A DNA stretch of 64,000 bases, taken from IMG/VR virus record IMGVR_UViG_3300028558_000016, positions 406,014 to 470,013 of that record. One strand, 5' to 3'. The position numbers and the translations under genes were made by a program. Source of the DNA: a virus. The notes beneath the pieces are model-generated. The model had not been told where the DNA came from. It worked only from the letters and a program-made list of their open reading frames with translations, and made no database searches. Of this stretch, positions 53,576-63,348 are shown one piece after another. Position 1 is the first letter of the stretch, and the number at the start of each line of letters is the position of its first letter.

Positions 53576-53884
53576 TTATGCTTTAGCTCTTTTTATGTGC
53601 AAGTAAACAAACTCATCCACGTCTTCCAAGCTTCCCTTTACTTTCTTTGGAAATTTGTCAGTCACCAACTTATAAATACGTCTTGCTTCTGTCTTATCTT
53701 TATCACCTGGAGTTTCATCTCCTGTGTTACCATTTTCTCTTGTAGTCAATAGGATCTCATCATCGTCTTCCTCTTCAATGTCAAACCAACTATGTTCTTT
53801 CTTTACGAAATCACATATTTCTTTCCATTCAGTCGAGGTTGTTTCTTCGTTCAAGAATCCCTCAAATAGTTTAATGTGTTTCAT
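53576..53884 (-). CDS. family member (MKHIKLFEGFLNE)
   Basis: Conserved N-terminal motif. Confidence 0.55.
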   Translation of the reverse strand: MKHIKLFEGFLNEETTSTEWKEICDFVKKEHSWFDIEEEDDDEILLTTRENGNTGDETPGDKDKTEARRIYKLVTDKFPKKVKGSLEDVDEFVYLHIKRAKA

Positions 53885-53886
53885 AT

Positions 53887-54282
53887 TTAAGATTTTTTAG
53901 TTTGGTCGCTGATGTCTCCAGGTTCTACGTCTGCTGGAATTTCTTCCACGATGTCAACCATAGTTCTGTTATACAAAGCTGCTTCCTTTTCTGAAAAAGA
54001 ATCAGATAAAGCTTTGATGAAAGCCTTTGGAGTTTTTGGATTTAAGTTGATGCTTCTCTTATGTGAGTGTCCAATCTCAAGAGTGTAACCGAAATATCCG
54101 ATCATGTCCTCAACTGTTCCCTTCACATATTTAATTCTTGTTCTTCCTTGACCCTTGTCGTAGGTTACTTTAACGATGAAAGCTTTTCCAGGTTTTGCTG
54201 GCTTTGCAGCTGATTCAGGATTAGGTGCATCAGTGAATTTATTCTCGTTGATAAATCCTTCAAACAATTTAATGTGTTTCAT
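53887..54282 (-). CDS. family member (MKHIKLFEGFINE)
   Basis: Conserved N-terminal motif. Confidence 0.55.
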   Translation of the reverse strand: MKHIKLFEGFINENKFTDAPNPESAAKPAKPGKAFIVKVTYDKGQGRTRIKYVKGTVEDMIGYFGYTLEIGHSHKRSINLNPKTPKAFIKALSDSFSEKEAALYNRTMVDIVEEIPADVEPGDISDQTKKS

Positions 54283-55267
54283 TCTTCTTGATTATTATTT
54301 CTCTGTTACCAGGTATAACGTTGTATTCTTTTCCTAAAACATCCTGTATCATTTTGATCTTGCTCGTCATGTCACCGGTTTGTTTAACCGTAAATCTTCC
54401 AGTAGCATCGAAGGTCTTGCTGTATGTTATAGGTTTCCATGTGCTGTCTGTTCCGAAATTATGTCCAAAGCTATCTCCAAGTTTTGCTCTTAATAATTTT
54501 AATACCTCTTTATATGGATGTGTTTCTGCCGTTTTTACTATTTTTACTGGAACTTTTAATCTCGATTTTATCTTCAGCATGTTAGTGTTCTCGCTCTCGT
54601 CTGGAGTGCTTAATGCTTCCAAATAAATTTTTTCTGTAAATTTCTTAGCATCTTCTATTTGGTCCTTTTCAAATCTTTTATTCATAACCATGTTTGGACC
54701 GCTGGTAGTTTGAAATGAAATCTTCCATTGGTCAAGACCGTCTCCTCCAAGATTTGAAGCTAAAAAACCAGAATTGTATAATGATGCAACAGTCTCTCCG
54801 TGAATGGTCAAATGCCAAGCTCTTAATTCATTGTCATGGCCTATTGAAGATTTTCCATATTCTTTGGCATTCTGCTTCCAAGAAAATTTAACGGATTCTT
54901 CAGCTTCATCCAATTCCTCGTTGGATTTTCTGTCTCCCATTATGGTGTAATAAGTTCCTTCACCGTTCATGCCTTCGCCAATAATGTCAAGCTTGTAATC
55001 GCTTTTTTGTAATGCTTCTATGGCATCCCATGCGTGACCTTCTGAATCGAAGTAGTCATCGGTTCCATCAAATCCTTCATAATCGTCATCAACGGTCAAC
55101 TCGTGGATGTAAAGAGTCTCACCTGCTTTCAACCTCTCTTTTACTTCTTTAACCTCTTCCTTATCGAAATATTCTTCATAATCAGAAAAACTCTGTGAAG
55201 TTAATTTTTCAAAATCTGGGCCGAGATCATTAGGATCGAAATTTTCAAATAGCTTAATGTGTTTCAT
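54269..55267 (-). CDS. family member (MKHIKLFENFDPND), 332 aa; start trimmed to the MKHIK Met
   Basis: Conserved motif at an internal Met of the annotated ORF. Confidence 0.5.
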   Translation of the reverse strand: MKHIKLFENFDPNDLGPDFEKLTSQSFSDYEEYFDKEEVKEVKERLKAGETLYIHELTVDDDYEGFDGTDDYFDSEGHAWDAIEALQKSDYKLDIIGEGMNGEGTYYTIMGDRKSNEELDEAEESVKFSWKQNAKEYGKSSIGHDNELRAWHLTIHGETVASLYNSGFLASNLGGDGLDQWKISFQTTSGPNMVMNKRFEKDQIEDAKKFTEKIYLEALSTPDESENTNMLKIKSRLKVPVKIVKTAETHPYKEVLKLLRAKLGDSFGHNFGTDSTWKPITYSKTFDATGRFTVKQTGDMTSKIKMIQDVLGKEYNVIPGNREIIIKKNETH

Positions 55268-55269
55268 TA

Positions 55270-55530
55270 TTATGCTTTGCTTGCTTTTACCCATTCATCC
55301 CAAAAGTCTTCACCGTCCATTAAATAATAACCTATGAAGTCGGCTATCTTTTCTGGAAAATCTTCGATGCCTTTTATTTTTTTAGGATCAATTCCAAATC
55401 TTTTAGCGTTATCAAACACGAATTTACCCAAAGGCTCTTTCATGTGTCCTCTGTTTCCAAGCTCTTTTGTAACTTTTTCTACAGTGTTTAATTCTGTATG
55501 GAAGTTCTCGAATAATTTAATGTGCTTCAT
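55270..55530 (-). CDS. family member (MKHIKLFENFHTE)
   Basis: Conserved N-terminal motif. Confidence 0.55.
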   Translation of the reverse strand: MKHIKLFENFHTELNTVEKVTKELGNRGHMKEPLGKFVFDNAKRFGIDPKKIKGIEDFPEKIADFIGYYLMDGEDFWDEWVKASKA

Positions 55531-55540
55531 AATTATAAAT

Positions 55541-55837
55541 TTATTTTACCCAATCCTTAGATCTTCCGGCGTTGTCATCTCCTAAATTATTCTTGTATTG
55601 CTCGTGTTCTTTCTTGTCTTCAGGTTTAAGCAAAGGTTCAACCTCTTTATAAGTTGCATCCTGACAATCGTCAAGACTCTTTCCAATCTTATACTTGATC
55701 ATGTAATTGGTTTCTCCAGCCATGTCACCAAACGGTTCTTCCCAAAAGAACACTTTCTTTCCGTTAGTTAAGTCGTAATAGTCTGGACCCATGTTTGAAT
55801 CCTGATCGAAATCCTCAAATAATTTAATGTGATTCAT
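55541..55837 (-). CDS. family member (MNHIKLFEDFDQD)
   Basis: Conserved N-terminal motif. Confidence 0.55.
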   Translation of the reverse strand: MNHIKLFEDFDQDSNMGPDYYDLTNGKKVFFWEEPFGDMAGETNYMIKYKIGKSLDDCQDATYKEVEPLLKPEDKKEHEQYKNNLGDDNAGRSKDWVK

Positions 55838-56247
55838 TATTTAAAACTTTTAGTTAAAAAATTCCATGCAGCGTTTGCTTCAGACTCTTTCTTAATATCT
55901 ACTGATGCTATAGTTCCAGCCATTGGATCGTCGTATAGAATAGAAAATTTTCCTTCTTCATTAAAGAAGAATAGTTGTCTTTCTGACTTATCTTCGTTCT
56001 CAAGGAAATATCCATCAATAGAATTACCCTGTTTAATTTCCATATCAGATGCTTCAGAGACAGTCCATTTTCCTTTTTTTGATTTTACATCATTAGAAAA
56101 ATCTTCTAAAAATTTCTTGAAGCTCTCATACTCTTCATCATAAGTAAGAACGTCCAATGCGAACTTTCCAACTTTTTCTATAGCGTTAGCAACGTCAACG
56201 AGGATCCCCTCGTTTGTAAATTGCTCAAATAGTTTAATGTGCTTCAT
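55837..56247 (-). CDS. family member (MKHIKLFEQFTNE)
   Basis: Conserved N-terminal motif. Confidence 0.55.
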   Translation of the reverse strand: MKHIKLFEQFTNEGILVDVANAIEKVGKFALDVLTYDEEYESFKKFLEDFSNDVKSKKGKWTVSEASDMEIKQGNSIDGYFLENEDKSERQLFFFNEEGKFSILYDDPMAGTIASVDIKKESEANAAWNFLTKSFK

Positions 56248-56429
56248 TATTTCTTATTAAGGATTTCTTCTATTTTTGTCCTCTGTTCAACAGACAAAGC
56301 AATTGGTTTGCCCATGTGAATGAACGAATAAACGGTTTCGCCTGAATTTTTACCTTCAGCTCTTTCTATTCTTATTTGTTCTGGGTTAAGATAGTTTGTA
56401 TCTTTTTCGAAAATTTTAATGTGTTTCAT
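56247..56429 (-). CDS. family member (MKHIKIFEKDTN), 60 aa
   Basis: Conserved N-terminal motif. Confidence 0.45.
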   Translation of the reverse strand: MKHIKIFEKDTNYLNPEQIRIERAEGKNSGETVYSFIHMGKPIALSVEQRTKIEEILNKK

Positions 56430-56430
56430 G

Positions 56431-56916
56431 TTACTTGTTCTTTAAATATGTATCAAGCAATTTCTTGCCGCTTTTCGTCCACTTCTGTTTGTATAGGTCT
56501 ATGTCCTTCCAACGTTTCAGAGCTTCCTTAAATAATTCCATACCAGTTCCCTTTGATTGTTCTTTTGGATCGACCATGACATTTATGTTTCCCTTGTCCT
56601 CGTATGGTGGAAAATCGAACGGGTAATGATTTAAAACACCTATGAGCTTTCCTGATTTATTTCTATATAAAAGACAGTCAACCCATTTGTCTCCAACCTC
56701 ACCTTTGAAATAACTTATTCCAGGTTCTCCTTTTTTATCATATTGTCCAATCTGGTGATCCCAGAATTCCTTGAAGTTTTCAATGTCTGGAATCTCAATG
56801 ACCTTCTTCTTTGAATTCGCTTTTTCCACGTTTGCTCTAACGTGAGCCAAATCATGAGACTTTGCGTATTGGTCGTCCTTGTTTTCAAATAACTTAAAAG
56901 ACGTTAGGTGTTTCAT
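56431..56916 (-). CDS. family member (MKHLTSFKLFENKDD), 161 aa
   Basis: Conserved N-terminal motif. Confidence 0.5.
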   Translation of the reverse strand: MKHLTSFKLFENKDDQYAKSHDLAHVRANVEKANSKKKVIEIPDIENFKEFWDHQIGQYDKKGEPGISYFKGEVGDKWVDCLLYRNKSGKLIGVLNHYPFDFPPYEDKGNINVMVDPKEQSKGTGMELFKEALKRWKDIDLYKQKWTKSGKKLLDTYLKNK

Positions 56917-57140
56917 AAAGATGCAATACTTTTTTTAAATGAATCAACATCAGATTGAGACTCAGATATAAAATACTTTACGCCTGAATGTGAAGCTAAT
57001 AAAAACATTTTGTGTTCTTTTGCCAGCTTGGTGATTTTCTTGTTAGTTTCTGAATCTTTCGACCATATCTTAACACCTAAAAAATCCTTTAAAAATTCAA
57101 TATTTGAGTTTTCACCCTCAAAAAGCTTTATGTGTTTCAT
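56913..57140 (-). CDS. family member (MKHIKLFEGENSN); start trimmed to the MKHIK Met
   Basis: Conserved motif at an internal Met. Confidence 0.45.
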   Translation of the reverse strand: MKHIKLFEGENSNIEFLKDFLGVKIWSKDSETNKKITKLAKEHKMFLLASHSGVKYFISESQSDVDSFKKSIASL

Positions 57141-57160
57141 TATCGTATATATTTGGTTAT

Positions 57161-57190
57161 AAAACAAAAACAGCAGGTTTCCCTGCTGTT
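57161..57190 (-). terminator. rho-independent terminator (− strand) after the tail-tube gene
   Basis: ACAGCAGG-TTTCC-CTGCTGT with AAAACAAAAA on the + side. Confidence 0.65.
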
Positions 57191-57219
57191 CCGTTAATTT
57201 TATTGAAGTAAACCGAATA

Positions 57220-57789
57220 TTAGACGAAAGTGTCCTCCCAGTAGTCAGCTGCAAATGTCAGCGACAGAATCCAAACGTCAGTAGATTGGTAATCTAATTC
57301 CATTGGATTGATAGGAGTGATAGGCCACATTACCGGTAGTCTCACTTTTCTGTGAATGTCTCCAGCTTTGTTGAATATTGTTATTAAACCTGAACCAACG
57401 TAATCCTTCTTTAATCCCATACCACCGGTATTTGGATTGTAGATAAGGTCGCTCCATTGTCTCAAAGTCTTGAAGGTGTACATGCTGTTTGCATCGTTTA
57501 AGTTAACCTCGAAATCGATTGCTACATCGATCGTGGTTGTCTCTGGACGAGCACCTGCATACCTTCTCTTAGCGAACTTGTAGTATTGTTCCACAGTTCC
57601 AGGGTTCTTGTCTATCTCTAAACCAGATACCTTCTTAACGTGTTCCAACAATAGGTTCTGCCCGTTGTTTCCTGTTCCAGCATCAATTCCAGAGGGTGGA
57701 ATCAATGTGACTTCGAACTGATTCAAAAATACAGGTTCGAAATTTTTCATCGAAGCCTTACTATTCTTATAATGCGATAAACCTGCCAT
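57220..57789 (-). CDS. tail tube protein (T4 gp19-like)
   Basis: N-terminus EPVFLNQFEVTL matches gp19 RPNLFQVEIS; C-terminus PVMWPITPINPMELDYQSTDVWILSLTFAADYWE matches gp19 GLWPTNVGELQLDWDSNNEIQTFEVTLALDYWE; has its own terminator and a 170-bp upstream region. Confidence 0.6.
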   Translation of the reverse strand: MAGLSHYKNSKASMKNFEPVFLNQFEVTLIPPSGIDAGTGNNGQNLLLEHVKKVSGLEIDKNPGTVEQYYKFAKRRYAGARPETTTIDVAIDFEVNLNDANSMYTFKTLRQWSDLIYNPNTGGMGLKKDYVGSGLITIFNKAGDIHRKVRLPVMWPITPINPMELDYQSTDVWILSLTFAADYWEDTFV

Positions 57790-57958
57790 TATTATAAAGT
57801 GTTATTTTTCTCTTTTATTATATATCTAAACAGTTTCGAATTTCCACTTAAACCCATGAGCTGTCTTTCTTTTTGTTCCAGCACAACATTCACGTATGTT
57901 TCTGTGATTATAACCTGTTTCTCTATATATCTCGTATCTTGTATATGACAGACTTCAT

Positions 57959-58210
57959 TTACTTTATATTCCCGTCTTTATCCCAAGTTTTTTCTCCAGC
58001 CAAATTATTATCAGGTTTTATTGTCTTTAGAATGTCTTGGTATTTGATCTTGTATTGTTTAGCTATTTCTTTCGCTGCCTTTATAGTTCTTGTATTGGAA
58101 CCTAAAACCTTTTTGTATAATTCCTTTTTCAAGGAATAAAAATCTCTAAGGACTTCATCCATAACAACCTCTTCGTTCAGAAAATTTTCGTATAATTTAA
58201 TATGTTTCAT
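57959..58210 (-). CDS. family member (MKHIKLYENFLNEE); start trimmed
   Basis: Conserved motif; TAATG overlap with the upstream stop. Confidence 0.5.
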   Translation of the reverse strand: MKHIKLYENFLNEEVVMDEVLRDFYSLKKELYKKVLGSNTRTIKAAKEIAKQYKIKYQDILKTIKPDNNLAGEKTWDKDGNIK

Positions 58211-58548
58211 TATTCTGTTCTTAAAGGCCAATTCTTCTTTATTCCTTCTATGTTAGCATTAAGCCATTCCTTTGCAGCCTCTAACGTCTCAGACTCATGT
58301 TTCAATGTAATCCACTTCCACTTGCAATTAGGATTGTCATCCGTTATGGTTGTCCCGTTCTTCATGACCATGAACCTAATCTTAAATGGCTTCTCTGGGT
58401 TAATACTTCCAACTTCAAAACCTTTAAGCTTAATATGATGACTTGAACTATAGAATGATCTGTAACGTCCGGTAGGTTTTTCAGTTTTGAACGTGAACTT
58501 TTCAACTGCTTCATTCAAGAAGTTTTCATATAGTTTTACGTGTTTCAT
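58210..58548 (-). CDS. family member (MKHVKLYENFLNE)
   Basis: Conserved N-terminal motif. Confidence 0.55.
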   Translation of the reverse strand: MKHVKLYENFLNEAVEKFTFKTEKPTGRYRSFYSSSHHIKLKGFEVGSINPEKPFKIRFMVMKNGTTITDDNPNCKWKWITLKHESETLEAAKEWLNANIEGIKKNWPLRTE

Positions 58549-58838
58549 TATTTAAAGTCTTTCAGCCAGCCTTTTTGCTCTGCATATTTTGCATGTTCTG
58601 TGTCAAGCTGTGTTGTATCTCCTTCAACATCGTTCACCATCAATTGAAGCGCATCATCTATGGTTGCAGGAGTTATTTCTCCTCTTAACATTCCGAAGAA
58701 GAAATATTCTGTTCCAGCTTGCATGTCATCTAAAACTTTCTTTTGTTCTGGAGTTGCAACTGACATAACCTTCTTTGCCTTTTCTGTATTATCGGTTTTC
58801 TCGTTTAAGAAACCTTCAAACAATTTAATGTGCTTCAT
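58548..58838 (-). CDS. family member (MKHIKLFEGFLNE)
   Basis: Conserved N-terminal motif. Confidence 0.55.
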   Translation of the reverse strand: MKHIKLFEGFLNEKTDNTEKAKKVMSVATPEQKKVLDDMQAGTEYFFFGMLRGEITPATIDDALQLMVNDVEGDTTQLDTEHAKYAEQKGWLKDFK

Positions 58839-58845
58839 ATATTTA

Positions 58846-59142
58846 TTAATCTATTCTTAATGCACCTTGCATGTGGCCAAACAGGTAAACCCCGTAAGCT
58901 GATGTGAACTCAATCGTATAACCAACAAGATCTCCTCCTTTGGTGTTTCTAAATTGCTTGAATTCAGATACGTGTTTCTGGTCCTTCATTTTTGTAAGAA
59001 TGTTCTCTACGTTGGAAACCTGATCCTGACCAAATGAAACATCCAGTGTTACTGGAACTTTTTCTTTTGGAAATCCATCTCTGAATTTTGTCGTATCATT
59101 TTCTGAAGCACCAAAATTTTCAAATAATTTTATGTTTTTCAT
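58846..59142 (-). CDS. family member (MKNIKLFENFG)
   Basis: Conserved N-terminal motif. Confidence 0.55.
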   Translation of the reverse strand: MKNIKLFENFGASENDTTKFRDGFPKEKVPVTLDVSFGQDQVSNVENILTKMKDQKHVSEFKQFRNTKGGDLVGYTIEFTSAYGVYLFGHMQGALRID

Positions 59143-59423
59143 TATTTAATTTTTTCTATTTGTGAAATAATATCCTTCTTCAAAGCGGCTTTTATTCCAG
59201 GAGACAAAGCATCTCCAGCTTCATCCAATGCAGCCTTTGCTTTCTTGGTGAATTCATCAAGAGCTTTAATAAGATCTTCCACGGCTTTCTTTGGTTTACC
59301 GTATTTGTAATCATCGTACGTCAACCAATGGCTCAATTCAGCTTCATTGATTCCGCTAATTTGTGCTAATCTTGCTTTTAATTCGCTGGTATCGAATTTT
59401 TCAAATTGTTTGATGTTCTTCAT
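59142..59423 (-). CDS. family member (MKNIKQFEKFD)
   Basis: Conserved N-terminal motif. Confidence 0.55.
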   Translation of the reverse strand: MKNIKQFEKFDTSELKARLAQISGINEAELSHWLTYDDYKYGKPKKAVEDLIKALDEFTKKAKAALDEAGDALSPGIKAALKKDIISQIEKIK

Positions 59424-59716
59424 TACAATTTCTTTATTTCTTGTGCTAAGTCATCGAAGTTTGAATCTTCCAATGCGTATGAAGCAACATCTATAATCTT
59501 GTCGCCATCCCACTCACAAAACTTAGATACGATTATTCCAAGAACCTGTTCGTCAGTTATCTTTCCAGACTTCTGTGCTTCAGGCGTGAATATCACACTC
59601 TTGCAATAAGCTATAATCGGAGTTAAATGTTCCTTGATATAAGCTTCTGTGTTCTCAGGAACCTTTGTGAAAGGAGCTGAAACCTCATTTAAGAATTCGT
59701 CGAATTTCTTTATCAT
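59423..59716 (-). CDS. family member (MIKKFDEFLNE)
   Basis: Conserved N-terminal motif (shortened). Confidence 0.5.
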   Translation of the reverse strand: MIKKFDEFLNEVSAPFTKVPENTEAYIKEHLTPIIAYCKSVIFTPEAQKSGKITDEQVLGIIVSKFCEWDGDKIIDVASYALEDSNFDDLAQEIKKL

Positions 59717-60240
59717 TATGCTGCTTGTTTAAATTTACCTGCTTTCATCTGTTCTTTCCATTCCTTCCATAAATCGAAATAAGATCTCTTGAAGTAATCC
59801 TTGCCATAATCCTTAAGGAGGTCAAGGTCCTTCAACATCTGCAATTTCTCATTAGCAATCTTTGCCGTTGCAGCAAACATTACTCCTGAGCTTTGTCCTA
59901 TCATCCATTCCCAATTTGCAATTCCTTTTGTGTAACCATACTTGTCAACACAAACGTAAGAAGCTTCATCTTGTAAATACAAATCAAAATACTTTGAACC
60001 TTCTGATGCCATCATGCCAACCGGTTTTGGAGCCGGAGCCATTCTTGGTCTTACCTCATCTACGTCTTTTATTTTGTCTGCATATCTTTTCTTTTCTGAA
60101 TCATCTTCATTGACAGGTGCCTTTTCCGATTTTGCATCGAATAAATCTCCAAATGCATCATCATCCCAAGTTGTGTCAGGTTTAGTTTCTCCTGGATCTT
60201 GCTCGTTGAGGAAAGCCTCATATAGTTTTACGTGTTTCAT
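59716..60240 (-). CDS. family member (MKHVKLYEAFLNE), 174 aa
   Basis: Conserved N-terminal motif. Confidence 0.55.
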   Translation of the reverse strand: MKHVKLYEAFLNEQDPGETKPDTTWDDDAFGDLFDAKSEKAPVNEDDSEKKRYADKIKDVDEVRPRMAPAPKPVGMMASEGSKYFDLYLQDEASYVCVDKYGYTKGIANWEWMIGQSSGVMFAATAKIANEKLQMLKDLDLLKDYGKDYFKRSYFDLWKEWKEQMKAGKFKQAA

Positions 60241-60241
60241 A

Positions 60242-60577
60242 TTATTCGTCTTTTTTCATTAATTGAGCTACCTGAGATCTTTCTACTTTCACTGTGTCTC
60301 CAATTTTCACATTGTGCACGACAGCAGGATCGTTATCAAGCTTTCCTTCAAAATGATCTGCGTCAACAACCTTCTCAATGTTAACCCACATCCATTCGAC
60401 TTCCTCATCTTCTATGAAAGCAATCTTAACCCAATCTCCAATTTCTACAGGAGTCTTTGCGTTATCGTCTTGCCATTTTTTAAGTCTTGCATATCCTGCA
60501 TCCTTATGAAGAATTCCAAGATTTTCAATTGGTTCTCTTTCTTCGTTAAATTCTCCGAATTGTTTAATGCGGTTCAT
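60242..60577 (-). CDS. family member (MNRIKQFGEFNEE)
   Basis: Conserved N-terminal motif. Confidence 0.5.
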   Translation of the reverse strand: MNRIKQFGEFNEEREPIENLGILHKDAGYARLKKWQDDNAKTPVEIGDWVKIAFIEDEEVEWMWVNIEKVVDADHFEGKLDNDPAVVHNVKIGDTVKVERSQVAQLMKKDE

Positions 60578-60578
60578 A

Positions 60579-60950
60579 TTATTTTCTTTGGTTTTTGAAA
60601 TGATTATTAAACTTCATCTGTTGAATAAAATCTTGTCTCTTCAATGATTTGAGAACCGCACCATACGCTTCCCACGCATCTCCAAGGTTAATGTGTTGTA
60701 AAGTGATATTATCTCCACCATTATCTTTGGTAACTCTGTATTGTGCACGTCCGTCACCCATAGGCATCTCCCAAATAAAACCAACGAGATTTTGTTCTGT
60801 TGCTTTATCAGAAGCTTCTTCCAATTCCTTTTCTACTTTGTTATATTCAGCTTCATCTTTATCCCAACCTATGAGAGTTTCTTTAGGATACGATTCCTTT
60901 TCAAGCTTTGCTTCTCCCAAGAAGCTTTCAAATAATTTTAATCTTTTCAT
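60579..60950 (-). CDS. family member (MKRLKLFESFLGE)
   Basis: Conserved N-terminal motif. Confidence 0.55.
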   Translation of the reverse strand: MKRLKLFESFLGEAKLEKESYPKETLIGWDKDEAEYNKVEKELEEASDKATEQNLVGFIWEMPMGDGRAQYRVTKDNGGDNITLQHINLGDAWEAYGAVLKSLKRQDFIQQMKFNNHFKNQRK

Positions 60951-61558
60951 TTCTTAATTTCTTTTACTTTTGGAAGAGCTAATACTTTCTTTAAATCGTC
61001 TTCGGTGATATAGAATTTTCCTCTTGCTTCTATTCCTCCACCAAGTACAATATTCCCATCAGCATCGATCTTTGACCATGAATACATTGGAAAATGCATG
61101 TTCATTGCTTCAGTTTCTTCTTCAGTTAAATCTCTCTTTATAGGTTCTTTAGGAAGTGTTGGCTTGTCAAATTGCTTTACCAACTTCATTGCTTCAGTTG
61201 ATTCGTTTACAAACGAAACCTCAGACTCATTTATTCTTACAGTCTTTTCAAAATCGTCAAAGCTTTTCATGTTGTATATATTTTGATTATTCTCGAACAA
61301 TCCAGGATATAAATGAACCATGTCAGGCATTGGAAGGGGATCAACCTCTTGCAATAAATTCAAGATGTCATCACCTATTTCCTTTGTAGGAAAACTAACT
61401 TCGTATGTGACATCCTTGCCACTTCTGCTTTCTTCCTTAACTGAAGCTCCAAGAACTTCAAGTCTCATTATGATATTGTCATCAAGATTATACATCGTGA
61501 TTATTCCTGAATTAGCAACATTGTACTCGTTAAGGAAATCTTCAAATAGCTTTATCAT
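60947..61558 (-). CDS. family member (MIKLFEDFLNE), 203 aa
   Basis: Conserved N-terminal motif. Confidence 0.5.
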   Translation of the reverse strand: MIKLFEDFLNEYNVANSGIITMYNLDDNIIMRLEVLGASVKEESRSGKDVTYEVSFPTKEIGDDILNLLQEVDPLPMPDMVHLYPGLFENNQNIYNMKSFDDFEKTVRINESEVSFVNESTEAMKLVKQFDKPTLPKEPIKRDLTEEETEAMNMHFPMYSWSKIDADGNIVLGGGIEARGKFYITEDDLKKVLALPKVKEIKK

Positions 61559-61603
61559 TTTTTAGGTTTGGTTTTAGGTTTTTTAGGAAAGCAACACATG
61601 TTA

Positions 61604-61906
61604 TTATTTGTTTATGTCTAATAGTTCTTTGATGATGTACTTCTTATTCTTCTCATACATTTTCTTTTCATCTTCGGTGAACGATGGAGCACACATTCTT
61701 TTGTACACATCTTCAATGACTTGTATCTTTGTCTTCTCTTCAAGAAACTTAAACAGCTTATTACCCTTCATTAACCCTGAAATATCATCGTTAATGTCTT
61801 TGATTAGTTTTTCTTTAGAATCTTCCACATCATTTTTTCCAATCGCATATTTACTGTGCGTTGCATAATGAGCATCCAATCCCTCGAAAGTTTTTAGGTT
61901 TTTCAT
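61604..61906 (-). CDS. family member (MKNLKTFEGLD)
   Basis: Conserved N-terminal motif. Confidence 0.5.
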   Translation of the reverse strand: MKNLKTFEGLDAHYATHSKYAIGKNDVEDSKEKLIKDINDDISGLMKGNKLFKFLEEKTKIQVIEDVYKRMCAPSFTEDEKKMYEKNKKYIIKELLDINK

Positions 61907-62313
61907 TTGTTTTTCTTTTTTAGTTCATCTTTTATCTCGATCACAAGTCTCTCTACGTTATTCAATTGCTTCTTTATTTGTCTTATCTCTTTCTCAGCCT
62001 TCATGTCAATATCCAAATCCTGCATGGATCTCTTTCTGTCTCGCTCCTCAACTCTTCTTTGGCTCATCATAATTATGGGAGCCTGTAATGCTGCCACTGT
62101 TGATAATATCAAATTCAGTAATATGAATGGATATGGATCAAACGGCTTCCAAAGAAATTGAACAGAATTTATTATCATCCACAAGAACAAAAATCCAAGG
62201 AACGATAATATGAATGCCCAGCTTCCACCAAACTTCGATATTTTGTCAGAGACTCTATCTGCAAATGAAAGAATTTCTTCTTCGTTTCCTATTGTAGAAT
62301 TTTGGTCTTTCAT
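61903..62313 (-). CDS. membrane protein (136 aa), not a family member
   Basis: Two TM helices; C-terminal coiled coil. Confidence 0.45.
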   Translation of the reverse strand: MKDQNSTIGNEEEILSFADRVSDKISKFGGSWAFILSFLGFLFLWMIINSVQFLWKPFDPYPFILLNLILSTVAALQAPIIMMSQRRVEERDRKRSMQDLDIDMKAEKEIRQIKKQLNNVERLVIEIKDELKKKNK

Positions 62314-62537
62314 TAAATACCTTCTTTTATTGATTTAGCATCTTTTTTCGTGAGATATTGATTTATGTAAACAACCAATAAATCCGCCTTAGGATTAACA
62401 CCATCAACTTCTTCTGCGTTTGATGTTAATTGTTCCAACAAATTGTCTAATTCTTTTGTATGAAAATAAGCATCATCACCATGTGGACCTGCTTCATTTA
62501 ATTCGTTAAATCCTTTTATGTTTTTCATGTTAGTCAA
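62313..62537 (-). CDS. family member (MTNMKNIKGFNELNE)
   Basis: Conserved N-terminal motif. Confidence 0.5.
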   Translation of the reverse strand: MTNMKNIKGFNELNEAGPHGDDAYFHTKELDNLLEQLTSNAEEVDGVNPKADLLVVYINQYLTKKDAKSIKEGI

Positions 62538-63018
62538 GTCTTATATCTATTATAGATGGAATTTGTTTGTGCAATGCACCTAAAGTTCCATTGTGTCCAT
62601 ACATCATACTGCTCGTGTTTCTGAACGGTTTAGGTAGATCTTCATACGCATCTGACGGATTTAATTCATCATCCAATTTAATGAAAACAGTATTAACACC
62701 ACCAGTTGATTCTCCGTCTTCGAATATATCGTATCCTTCAACAAAAATATCCAATTCTGGAATGTATCCTAAATAAGACTCTTGTCCATCAACTTCTCCT
62801 GAATCTCCTTTTAATTGGTTATCGGCAAATTCCATTAAAACTTTCATATAGATCTTATCAAAGAATTCATTTCCTCTGTATGTCAACTTATCATGGTAGT
62901 GATCGTTGATCACCTTTGTTGCTTCTGCGTGATTCATGCCTTTAGTTGCAGTAATCTCAAACTTTTCTTTTCCAACTTTTTCACCAAGGAACGACTCAAA
63001 TAATTTAATATGTTTCAT
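62530..63018 (-). CDS. family member (MKHIKLFESFLGE), 162 aa
   Basis: Conserved N-terminal motif. Confidence 0.55.
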   Translation of the reverse strand: MKHIKLFESFLGEKVGKEKFEITATKGMNHAEATKVINDHYHDKLTYRGNEFFDKIYMKVLMEFADNQLKGDSGEVDGQESYLGYIPELDIFVEGYDIFEDGESTGGVNTVFIKLDDELNPSDAYEDLPKPFRNTSSMMYGHNGTLGALHKQIPSIIDIRLD

Positions 63019-63024
63019 AAGATA

Positions 63025-63336
63025 TTAGTTTTTTGGAATTCCATAATCATTTTGAGCTGCCTCAATGTCAGATATAATAAGATCTTTTAATTGAGAAGCA
63101 ATCTTCTGGTATTCTTCATGAAGCTTGATCATCTTATCAAACGCAGATCCATTATGTTTTCTTGCTTCGATGTATTCATCGAAGTCACCGCCAAATAATC
63201 CTTCTTCTTGTGCTATTTCAAATGCACCATAGAAATTATATTTCTCGCAAGCAGCATCAAAAAGTTTTAAACCTTCTAAGTTGATTTCGTTTTCGTCATT
63301 CTCATTGAGCTCATCAAATCTTTTTATATTCTTCAT
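63025..63336 (-). CDS. family member (MKNIKRFDELNE)
   Basis: Conserved N-terminal motif. Confidence 0.55.
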   Translation of the reverse strand: MKNIKRFDELNENDENEINLEGLKLFDAACEKYNFYGAFEIAQEEGLFGGDFDEYIEARKHNGSAFDKMIKLHEEYQKIASQLKDLIISDIEAAQNDYGIPKN

Positions 63337-63348
63337 GTTAGTTATTGT

